A DNA stretch of 20,000 nucleotides. It comes from an uncultured virus (IMG/VR IMGVR_UViG_3300012956_000003). Taxonomy: Duplodnaviria > Heunggongvirae > Uroviricota > Caudoviricetes. Below, one piece after another: positions 1-9,200 of the stretch (its first letter is position 1; each line of letters starts with the position of its first letter). A program made the position numbers and the translations under genes. The stretch spans positions 49,035 to 69,034 of the IMG/VR virus record IMGVR_UViG_3300012956_000003; one strand, 5' to 3'. Below the pieces are notes generated by a model. It was not told the origin of the DNA. It saw only the letters and a program-made list of their open reading frames with translations, and searched no databases.

Positions 1-1566
1 CTCCTGAATACCTTGCCCGAAGGTGAGGCACGGCGCGTCCTCGTCGTCTGCCCGGCATCCCTGCGGGTGAACTGGCAACGCGAGCTACAGCGGTGGAGTA
101 TCCGCCCTCTTCGGATTGGTATCGTGGAGGGCTCGAGATTCCCCGAGGGTGACCTCGACGTGGTCATCATCAATTACGACGTGCTCACCCGGCACTTGCC
201 GGTGCTATCCGCCCGTCAGTGGAATGTGCTGATCGCGGACGAGGCACACTACGCCAAGAACAGCAAAGCCCAACGGACCAAGGCACTCCTCGCCATCCCG
301 GCACGGCGGAAGGTGGCTCTCACCGGCACGCCGATATGCAACCGCCCGAGCGAGTTCTGGTCCCTGGCCCACTGGCTCGCCCCCGCCGAGTTCACTAGCT
401 GGAAGCGGTACGGCGACAGGTACTGCGCACCCACGGCAGTGTGGACTGGCTCAGGCATGGTTACGACGTATACCGGCGCGGCGAACCTGGAAGAGCTACA
501 GGCCAGGGCCAGGGGCTCGTTCATGGTGCGCCGCCTCAAGTCCGAGGTACTCACCGAGTTGCCCGCCAAGAGGCGCCAGATCATCCCGCTGGCCTGGAAT
601 GGTGCGAGTGCCGCCGTCAAAAGGCTCAACGCCGAATGGGAAGCCAGGGAAGCTAAAGTCGCGACCCTCCGGGTTGCTGCTCTCGGGGCGGCAACGGACG
701 AGGAGTACAAGGAAGCCGTCAAGGCCCTCTCGGACGCCGAGAAGATCGCGTTCGAGGAGATCTCCACGGCGCGGCGAGAGCTGGCTATCGAGAAGTGCCC
801 GAAGGCTATCGAACATATCTCGGACCTCTTGGACGAGGAACGCAAGGTATGCGTGTTCGCCCATCACCATGCCGTGGTCAAGCTTCTGGCCGAGGGGCTC
901 GCCGAGTTCAAGCCGGTCGTTCTGACCGGCGAGACCTCGATGCGTGACCGCCAGGCGGCAGTCGACAGCTTCCAGAACGACCCGAACGTCCGGGTGTTCA
1001 TCGGGAGCATCATGGCCGCCGGAGTCGGCTTGACCCTCACGGCAGCCTCGACGGCAGTCTTTGTGGAACTGGATTGGGTGCCGGGCAACGTCACCCAGGC
1101 CGAGGACAGACTGCACCGGATCGGGCAGACGGCTCCCGTGCTGATTCAGCACTTGGTGTTCGATGACAGCCTTGACTCCCACCTGGCGAAGGTACTCGTC
1201 GAGAAGCAGGAAGTCATCGACCGTGCCCTCGATAAGGGCCTGGTCCTGCCGGAACTGGCAGCCCTGGCCGCCGATCCGCTCCCCGCGAAGGTGGGCGTTC
1301 CCCGAGCGTTCCCCAGCGTTTCCCCGGACCTCCGGGCAGCGGTCCACGAGGCACTCGCGTTCCTGGCCGCCCACTGCGACGGGGCACGCACCCAGGACGG
1401 CATGGGCTTTAACCGAATGGACGCAGCCTTCGGGCGGCAGCTAGCGCTTCTTTCGACCCTCACCGACCGACAGGCCCTCGCCGGCCAGCGGGTGATCCGG
1501 AAATACCGCGCCCAGTTAGGGGCGGAACTCGCGGCCCGCGCGGGAGTCGCGGGGAAAGAGGAGTAA
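1..1566 (+). CDS. SNF2-family helicase, SMARCAL1/HARP (annealing helicase)-like; 5'-truncated by the window edge
   Basis: The frame is open from base 1 (LLNTLPEGEARR...) and lacks a Walker A motif, so the true start lies upstream. SF2/SNF2 motifs are visible: VLVVCPASLRVNW (Ia), LIADEAHYAKN (II), LTGTP (III), FMVRRLKSEVLTELP, VFAHH, AAGVGLTLTAA (V), QAEDRLHRIGQ (VI). Motif V-VI wording matches the SMARCAL1/ZRANB3-like subgroup from my knowledge of the family. Stop TAA at 1564-1566. Confidence 0.92.
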   Translation, partial: LLNTLPEGEARRVLVVCPASLRVNWQRELQRWSIRPLRIGIVEGSRFPEGDLDVVIINYDVLTRHLPVLSARQWNVLIADEAHYAKNSKAQRTKALLAIPARRKVALTGTPICNRPSEFWSLAHWLAPAEFTSWKRYGDRYCAPTAVWTGSGMVTTYTGAANLEELQARARGSFMVRRLKSEVLTELPAKRRQIIPLAWNGASAAVKRLNAEWEAREAKVATLRVAALGAATDEEYKEAVKALSDAEKIAFEEISTARRELAIEKCPKAIEHISDLLDEERKVCVFAHHHAVVKLLAEGLAEFKPVVLTGETSMRDRQAAVDSFQNDPNVRVFIGSIMAAGVGLTLTAASTAVFVELDWVPGNVTQAEDRLHRIGQTAPVLIQHLVFDDSLDSHLAKVLVEKQEVIDRALDKGLVLPELAALAADPLPAKVGVPRAFPSVSPDLRAAVHEALAFLAAHCDGARTQDGMGFNRMDAAFGRQLALLSTLTDRQALAGQRVIRKYRAQLGAELAARAGVAGKEE

Positions 1567-1570
1567 GACC

Positions 1571-1822
1571 ATGGCGCTCTATGCAGTCTGGAGAAGTGAC
1601 GACAGGCGAGGGAAGGTATCTCTCGCACTGGCAAACGGCCCCGCTGAAGCAACGGAAGTGGTGGCTCGGAGGGAAATGTCGAAGTGCCTCGATCGTGGGT
1701 ATGTCAACTTGGACCACTTGAACGGCGTGTACCTCGCGGCAAGGATCGAAACCGAGCCCCCGGAGAAGGTCACCGTCGAGGAGAACTATGGGCACGTCAG
1801 CGTGCGGAGAGAGGAAGAGTAA
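1571..1822 (+). CDS. hypothetical phage protein (83 aa)
   Basis: ATG 4 nt after the helicase stop, preceded by AGAGGAG; fits the operon packing. No recognisable motif. Confidence 0.7.
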   Translation: MALYAVWRSDDRRGKVSLALANGPAEATEVVARREMSKCLDRGYVNLDHLNGVYLAARIETEPPEKVTVEENYGHVSVRREEE

Positions 1823-1824
1823 CC

Positions 1825-1935
1825 ATGAACGGAATCCACGTCTTCGGAATCTTCTTCGCCACCTTCGCCCTCGTCTTCCTGGACGAGACCGGTTTTTGGA
1901 ATCTCCGGGTCACCCGGACGGGAGGCAAGCCGTGA
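1825..1935 (+). CDS. small putative membrane protein (36 aa, MNGIHVFGIFFATFALVFLDETGFWNLRVTRTGGKP)
   Basis: ATG 2 nt after the previous TAA with GAGGAAGAG upstream. One hydrophobic stretch (VFGIFFATFALVFL). Its TGA overlaps the next GTG start (GTGA). Confidence 0.6.
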   Translation: MNGIHVFGIFFATFALVFLDETGFWNLRVTRTGGKP

Positions 1936-2456
1936 AGTGCTACACGTTCTCACCGGCAAATCACGAGTTGACCGAGGGCATCGCGGTCTTCCATCACCCG
2001 GACTTCGGCTGGAGCGTCAAGCTCGGGGCCGAGGGGCGCGGCAACATCCGCACCCACATCAGCGTTGACAAGAAGTTCCCGCCGAAGGTCCGCGAGAACA
2101 CGGACGGCGACTTTTACCTGGCTCACTCGGGCCATAAGACCATCACGCTGCCGCCTGACGCTCAGTACAAGAACGGCAAGCGGTTCAACGTGCTCTCGAA
2201 CGTCAACGAGAACCGGGCTGGTGCCATCGTATGGGTGAGGGGTGCGGCTGACGTGGTCCCGACCCTCTGGTGTCAGGTCCTCGCATCCGGGGAGTTCCAC
2301 GTTGAGCGGCGCGGCTATACCGATGCAGTCATCGCGATGGACGACCTGGGCGAGGTGGAGGTGATCTTCTACGGCAAGGATGGCGAGAGTAGGGTATCCT
2401 TGCTGGTGGACGGTGACGAAGTCACCCTTAAGGAGAACACATGGAAGAGCAACTAG
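1932..2456 (+). CDS. hypothetical phage protein (174 aa, probably beta-rich)
   Basis: Re-called start: GTG at 1932 with GGGAGG RBS and GTGA overlap, instead of the ORF-track start at 1788. GC3-rich codons; protein MKCYTFSPANHELTEG...KENTWKSN. Confidence 0.75.
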   Translation: MKCYTFSPANHELTEGIAVFHHPDFGWSVKLGAEGRGNIRTHISVDKKFPPKVRENTDGDFYLAHSGHKTITLPPDAQYKNGKRFNVLSNVNENRAGAIVWVRGAADVVPTLWCQVLASGEFHVERRGYTDAVIAMDDLGEVEVIFYGKDGESRVSLLVDGDEVTLKENTWKSN

Positions 2457-2770
2457 AGCCGATGCCGCTGGAACCCTGGCTCAAGCCAACCGAAGCCGCC
2501 CCGGAGCCGGTCGTCGAGAAGAAAGAAAAGGTGAGGCGCGGGCCACGCAAGAAGAACGCGACCACCGAGACGGCCACTGCCGGGAAGCTGATCGAGTTCG
2601 AGGCCCAGACCCTGGCCCTCATCAAGCAGGTCGCGAAGGCCTACGGCTGGAGCGACAGTAAGGTCATCAAGCAAGCGGTCAAGGCAAGCCTCGAACCGCT
2701 GGTCGTCAACGGGAAGATCGACACGGACTCGCCGGGCGTCGTCGCCTTCTGGAAGAAGGCAATCCAGTAA
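2441..2770 (+). CDS. putative ribbon-helix-helix (Arc/CopG/MetJ-like) DNA-binding protein with disordered basic N-terminus
   Basis: AAGGAG RBS before ATG. KLIEF-EAQTLALIKQVAKAY-GWS-DSKVIKQAVKASL fits the RHH strand/helix/G-x-S/helix pattern (pattern recognition, not searched). Confidence 0.65.
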   Translation: MEEQLEPMPLEPWLKPTEAAPEPVVEKKEKVRRGPRKKNATTETATAGKLIEFEAQTLALIKQVAKAYGWSDSKVIKQAVKASLEPLVVNGKIDTDSPGVVAFWKKAIQ

Positions 2771-2798
2771 ACCGGACCACGGGAGAAGGAGGGAAGGG

Positions 2799-2984
2799 AT
2801 GATTAGTAGGGATTCCATGGGGTTCACCCTCGTCTGTGACGTGTGCAACACGGAAGCCGAGGAAACTTTTGACGAGTTTCAGGACGCCGTTGACTTCAAG
2901 AAAGAGAACGGGTGGAGGTCACGGAAAGCTGCCGACGGGTGGCAGGACCTCTGCCCGGACTGTGTCAAGAGAGGCGGGCAGTGA
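2799..2984 (+). CDS. small phage zinc-finger protein (CxxC...GW...CxxC, 61 aa)
   Basis: AAGGAGG RBS. Motifs CDVC and GW...DLCPDC, a common small phage Zn-ribbon architecture. Stop overlaps the next GTG (GTGA). Confidence 0.75.
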   Translation: MISRDSMGFTLVCDVCNTEAEETFDEFQDAVDFKKENGWRSRKAADGWQDLCPDCVKRGGQ

Positions 2985-3187
2985 TTGACCTCCTGGCCCG
3001 GCCCTGCGGCCACTGGCCTGTGGGTGCCGCCATCCTCGCCATCGTCCTCGGCCTGCTCTGGATCCAAGCCTGCTTGATGCAGGCCCGGTACGAGGCCAGG
3101 CTGAAGCGGTGGCTGGAGTGGAGGGCGGACGAGCAGGGCTCGGCCAGCGTCAGGGACTTTCAGGAGTATCTTAGGGGCAAGCGGTAA
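2981..3187 (+). CDS. small putative membrane protein (68 aa)
   Basis: Re-called GTG start at 2981 (GTGA overlap, GAGAGG upstream). One predicted TM segment (VGAAILAIVLGLLWIQACLM) followed by a charged tail. Stop TAA at 3185-3187. Confidence 0.65.
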   Translation: MIDLLARPCGHWPVGAAILAIVLGLLWIQACLMQARYEARLKRWLEWRADEQGSASVRDFQEYLRGKR

Positions 3188-3201
3188 GGCCCGAACAAGC
3201 C

Positions 3202-3238
3202 ACGTCACGGTTTCCGTGGCGTTCCGCCCTTGTGGCGG
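3202..3238. terminator. tandem hairpins at the convergence point of the two operons (possible bidirectional terminator)
   Basis: ACGTCACGG-TTT-CCGTGGCGT (3202-3222, 9-bp stem with one G-U on +) and CCGCC-CTTGT-GGCGG (3224-3238) lie in the 83-bp gap between convergent stops. No U-tract on either strand. Confidence 0.35.
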
Positions 3239-3270
3239 TGACACGGCCCCGGGGTGCGGGGGAAGGGAGC

Positions 3271-6200
3271 CTACTTGGGCTCCCTTTTCTTTTCTCTGTC
3301 GTTCGTCAGGATGATCACCCGTCGCTGGAAGCCCCGGATCTGGTTTGTCAGGTCGTCGAGGATGCGCTTCCGCTCTGCCGGGTCCTTGGTCATCATCTGG
3401 GAGATCTTGGCCCGCTTCTGCTGAAGGTCGTCGATCTTTGCCTTCAGCTTGGTGATCGCCGTGGCGAAGCCGATGTCCCGCTTCTCGATGTACTCACGGA
3501 GCATGAGCGGGTCGGTCCTCTTGAGTTGCTTCTTCGAGGAGACCGCAGTCTCGGCCTTCTCGGCAATCTCGCTGAAGGTCTCGGAGGCGAACCCGGTCCC
3601 CCGGTTCTCGGGCGGGAAGAACCGGCGGCGCCCGAGGAGGTCCTGGGCCGGGTGGTACTCGCCCTTCGGCATCTCCCGCTTGGTTCCCTCGCTGTAGGCA
3701 CGGTCGGCCAGGTTGTAGAAGTCTCGGAGCCCGACCTGATTTGCCAGGAAGGCGATCTGGTCCGGGCCGGGCACGGCACCTTTGACGTTGGTGCCGAGGG
3801 CTTCCGCCGCCTTCGTGTCGTCGATCTTCTCGGCGGCGCTGAACATCCCCTGCGACAGGTCTTTCGAGAGTTGCCCGGTGCGGTAGCCCTGCCTCAACGG
3901 AGCGTCCATCTTCCGCTGGTACTCCATCTCGATCTTCCCGCCGTAGAACGGGTCGGTATTGAACTTCAGGCCGAGGTAAGCGTTGATCCAGGGGGAGAGC
4001 CCACCCGCCTTCAGTTCGTTGCCGAGACCCTTGGCGACCCGGCCCAGCGGCTTGTAGTCCACTTCCTTCTGGGCGTCGTAGACGTGCGGGTCTTTGTTGA
4101 ACATGGCCCGAACGGGCTTGATCAGGTTCTCTTCCAAGTACTCGGGCTTCTCCTCGTACAGGGCGTCGAGCATCGCCTCGGGGATCGTGGAGAAGACCGT
4201 TGACCAGGTGAATGCTTTGGGCTGGGCGACCACCTTGCCCCGGATCGCCTCGGGAAGCTCAGGGATGTTCGGGGTGCGGATGTAGTTGTAATACAGCCCG
4301 TTCTTCCCCTTGCGCTGCTCCTCGATGGTGTCGTCACCCTTGTTTAGGGCCCAGAGAATCATGGTCGGGACGGTCTGCCACAGGAAGGCCTTTGCCATGA
4401 CCTCGGCGGCTGCCTTCGGGTTCCTCTTCCCGCTGATCGGGTCGTACCCGGTCATCGTGAGGTAGAACTTCCGGCTGGACTGGAGCCCGGCGTTGAGGAA
4501 GGGCAGGAAGCGGTTCGCATCCCTGATCCACTTGGCTGACCCGAAGGTCGCGAAATTGGTGGTGTTCTCCCGGGCGTAGGTTCCGGCGACGAGGTCGTTC
4601 CGGCCAGCCTTCAGGGTCTGCCGGGCGACAGCCTTCCTCGTGGCTGACTCGAAGGGGGCCTTCCCCTTCTCGATGATCTCCAGCCAGTTGTCGAGGAAGT
4701 GTCCCCACTTGAGTTGGCCAGGCTTGAGGTAGTGAATGACCCCGCCGGCCTTAGTGCCGTGGGCAATGGACTCCCGGATCTGGTCAAAGACAGCTTCCTT
4801 GGTCTCGAAGTCGTGAGCCGACATGTTCGAAAACATCCCGGCGGACCTCTGGTACATCGCCTGGAAGCGGGCCTCGTCGATGCTCGGTGCCTTCCCGAAA
4901 GCGGAGCCGATGGCTCGGCCAGCGTCCCGTGCGATCTCGACGAGGGGAAGGATTCGTCCAGTGAACGGCTGCGCCAGTACACGCCTGGCTAGCCCGCCGG
5001 TCCCCCTGGTCTGCATGGTGCCGGTTGCGGGGTCGCGGACCATCTGAGCCATCTGGAACGCGGGCATCCCGGTCACCATCCACTTCAAGAACGAGGTGGG
5101 GTGGGTCGCCAAGGCAGTCAGTGCCCGGACGGTCTTGCTGTTCGAGGGCGCGTCCGGCACCCGGTTGAGGGCAGTCAGAAAGTCTCGAACGACCCCGTCG
5201 ACCTTGAGTTCCTTGACCTTGCCGTCGACGACGACGCTCACGACCGAGGTGCTCTTGTCGAAGTCATGGCGTGGTTCGATGAGCACACCGAGTTGATTCG
5301 CCTCGTCGACCGAGAGCGTCTTGCCTTGGGCCTTCGCCCGGCGCGTGACGATCTCACCCTCAGGGGTGAGCCCTTGGGCCGGAGCCAACGGGGTGTGCTT
5401 CTTCTTGGCCGGCTCGGCGATGCCACCGAGGGCACCCTCGATGGAGTTCTGCATCCGCCAGAGGTTGGCGGCTGCCATATTGCGGTCCACCTGGCTGATC
5501 CAGCGATGGGTGCGGTCGATGGCTTGCCAGATCTCGTCGACGACAGGGCGCTTGGAGCCTTTGATGTTCCGGAGGGGCGACCCGGTCCCGGCTTTGTTAC
5601 CGGCACCGTCGCCGCCCGTCTCCTGCTCAAAGAGACGCTCCATCGGGGAGAAGTGGGGCCACCGTTTCTTCAGGGCAGCCCAGACTCCTGCGTCGATGGC
5701 TCCCTTGGAGACCGCGTAGTCACCGAGGGAGTTGAAGTACGCCGTGAGTTGCTCGGACTTCTTGACGATGTCCGCCTGTCTCGGGTCGTTCCTGACCGCA
5801 TCCACGAAGGCCTGCATCTCGGCTCGGGTGTAGCCGGTGCCGTGCTCGACTCCGGCTGCGTCGAGGTCGAGTGCGTGCTGGAACTGCCGAAAGTCATTCA
5901 GACGGTTCGCCTTGTCCTTACCCATACCAGAGAGGATGGACTTGAGGCTGGAGACGTACTCGGTCTGGCCTTGGCTATTGACGTAGGTCGCGAACTCAAA
6001 CTTCCCGGTCTGCCGGTTAAGGATGATAGGTCCGACCTCTACCTCCTGGCCGTTCGAGAGCTTGACTTTGCTGCCACCGGAGCCGACTCCCTTGATGAAG
6101 AGGTTCTCGGTTCCGGCGGACTTGGCATCCTTGGCCACGAGGACGGGGGAATCCCACTCGTCCTTGTAGATGAGGTCGGGATTCGTTCCGATCGGGAACT

Positions 6201-9200
6201 TGTCGTACCCGCGCTCGCGCCAACCGGTCTTGCGCTCAATCTCCGCCATCTCCCAGGTCTCGTCGAAGAGAGCATCGGTTACCCTGGTGGCCTCGCCGAG
6301 GTCCGCACGTTTACGCGGGCCGGGGATGCCGCGACGACGCTGGAGGTCGTCGGCCATGGCTTGGAGGTGCGGCGGGAGCTGGGCTGCACGGGAGGCGAAC
6401 CTGATGTCCGGGTTCTCCGGGTCGAACGTCCCACGGTTGCCGGTCGCGGACTTGATCTGGGCGGGGTCGAAGGCGATGTAGGAGGTCCCGCCCTCCACCT
6501 CGTTCTGGTAAACAACCCCATCGTGGCCGGCTTTCACTAGCCTCCGTTTGAAACTGTCTGCCATCTCCTCGGCGAGTTCGTACCAAGGGGCGCCATCGCC
6601 GGAATCGGCTGTCCTCTCTAGTTCAAGGGCCTCCTCGTTGACCTGTTTCCTGAAGTCAGAGTCCTCTGAGTACCGGGCTCCATCTTCGTCGCCCCTCCGG
6701 TACAGCACGTCCTCGATAACCGGGGCGTTGTACTCGCCACGCATCATCTCGTCTCGCATCGCGGAGTCGGACGATTCGTACGGCTTCCTGATCTTGAGCC
6801 ACGCCCCGTAGACCCGTCCGTTTTCCGGTACTCCAGAGCGTTCCCCGTAAAGGCCAGAGGCAAACTTGCCCGCCACGTTTGGTTCCGCCGCGAAGTGGCT
6901 GCCGAGATACGTGGTCGGGTCGGGTCCGCTTCCAACCCGATCATCAGCCACCCGTCGCCCGGTGGCGAACTTACCGAAGTCCTCTGGGGCGGTCGTCCCA
7001 TGGTAAACAACCAGCGGCTTCCCGTCCTTGTCGACGACCTTGGAATCTCCGAACCACTTCTTGAACTCGGGAGTCTCGGCTTGCCGGGAGGCGAACAGCG
7101 GCAGCCCTTGCTTCGCTACCTCGCGGGCCTTCGGGGTGAGGTCGATGGAGTGAACGTCGACGAGGCCTTCGCCCGTGTCGATCTTCGACATCCCAACCTT
7201 CATTGAGGGGTCCAGCTTCTTGGCGAGGTCCTGCACCTTGGTCGGCAGCATCGCGTCGTAGAAGCCCTTCATGCCCTCGCCACCGACCTTGAGGTCGAGG
7301 CCAGAGAGGGTCTTCGCGCCGGACATGTGCCTGTCCCCCGCCGGGAACCCATCCCCACGCACTATTTTCTCGGCGACCTCCTTACCGAGGAAGTCAGGGA
7401 GAGCGGACTCAGCAAGGGTCTGGCTAGCTATGTTCCTGCCACTTAGGTCAGCGACGGACACGGAGTACTTGCCAGTTCGTTCGTCACGAAGGTAGGTGAC
7501 CTCGCTGACCTGCTTGGACAAATCGTATCTCTCCGCTTGGGTGGCTCCAGTTGCCCACGTCACCTTGTCGAATCCGTTGTCCGCAGCCCAGCGGACGATT
7601 CGTTTGAGAGCAAGCTCGGGCCAGGTCTTCTTGAAGGGGGCGTCGGGGACAGCGTCCCTGTCCTTGAACCCGGAAGCGAGACGGATGGCCTCGGCTGGGG
7701 AGTTTGCCGATCGCTCCGTACTGACAACATTCCCGACAGAATCCCTTACTTCATATTCTGGTAGTCCAGTAATCGGTGATTTTGGACGAACGACGTTAGC
7801 CACCCAGCCGGTTGTGTCGGTGGGCCCAGTAGCGTACCCCTGCTTCCTCCCCTTCTGGTGCCAGTCGCTCTGGATCTCCTCGACGTGCAGGATGCGCTCG
7901 CCGTTGGGCCCAGTGCGCTCGTTCAGACGGACGTGGGCGAGGACGTTGGGCTCACTGAAGTGCTGGGACTGGAAGCCGTGGCCCTTGTTTTCCAGGGCGG
8001 CAAGTTGGTTCTCTAGTTCCCGTAACTTGTCGCTGGCTTCAGTGCGTATCTCTGACATTCGGTCGGCATGCTCCGGATGTTCTCTCCCGTACCTCTCTGC
8101 TTGGCGGAACATTTCCTTCTGAGCGGTCCTCTCCTCTTCTAGCCTCTTGCGTTCTGGAACAGTCGCGTCTGGGAGGGTGAGTAGAAGTTCACGGTAGTTC
8201 TTGCCACCGGGGAGGGTGTAGTTCTCGTACTTGGTGCCGCCCACAGAAAGACCGTGTTTGTCGACGTGTGTCAGCACGTACGCCTGCGCCTCTTCCAGCG
8301 AGTGGAACCTTTTGTTCTGCCCACGGGCTGGGTCCGAGAAGATGTAGGTATCCTTTTTCTTCTCTATTTGGGCCCAGCGACCATGGCCGAACTTGGCCAC
8401 CCAATGGTTTGGCCCATCTGGTTCCCATTCGGGAACACCCCCCTTGATTTTCTCCTCAACCTTCACCTCGTTCTGGTCGAGGTGATCGAGGATCTCTTGC
8501 TTGGTGACCGACTCCTTACCCTTGAGCAGGTCCTCGATCCGGGACCACTCCATTTCCTCGGGCTTGACTCCCTTGGCTTTGAGGGCACGGAGGAGTTCGC
8601 CAGTGCGCCACTTACCCTGGCCAGCCTCGATCTCCCTGCGAAGCTTCGAGTAGTAGACCGGGGCTTCCTTCTCTACGCCTTCGGCCCCTCGGGAGGAGTA
8701 CTTGGGCGCTCCCACGACATCTTGTACGGGCTGCGCGCCCTCCACTCCTGCACTTCCTGCTCGCTCGCCACCGGCTCGTCCGTCCTGTACCCCTTCGCCT
8801 CCGGGTCGTAAACCATCCCAGGAATATCCTTCTCCGCCATCTGGCGCCTCCCTCGTGGGAGCGAACTCCTCACCCGCATATCGTAACGCAGTTTTACCTG
8901 ATGGGTCTATACCATACTGATGTCGCACCCTATCCATCTCTGCCATATGGATAGCAAACGATTCCGGGGAGTGTGCATTCTGTTCGGCGAACAGGTCGTT
9001 GAACCCCTTCTTGATCTCGGCGAGGGTGAGGTCGCGCCCGGCCCGGGAGTCACCTTCCTGATAGGTGACCTTGCCAACGAGATCGGCTGGCTTCCTGGCC
9101 CACTTCCTGAAGAGTTCCATGCTCTTCTGGTCCGGGGTGAAGAGGTCGACGTTCCGCCTGCCGTAGTAGGTAAAGCTCCCATGCGGTAGGTTCCGGCGGA

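Noticed and set aside
249..1652. - strand ORFs over the helicase (249-845, 496-1374, 1146-1652)
   Set aside because: Antisense shadows of a gene with complete SNF2 motifs.
1684..1931. ORF-track starts at 1684 and 1788 (also 2912 and 8879)
   Set aside because: The extensions overlap other genes and lack an RBS; downstream starts at 1825, 1932, 2981 and 8840 have an RBS and/or stop-start coupling.
1825..3187. Small TM proteins as a holin/lysis cassette
   Set aside because: No endolysin or spanin gene nearby, and they sit in the helicase operon rather than a late operon.
3232..6540. Long + strand ORFs (3232-4203, 5101-6540) and similar ones at 9401-10944, 15996-17015, 17529-18386, 18504-19445
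   Set aside because: All lie antisense to coupled - strand genes; stop-codon scarcity is expected from the codon bias.
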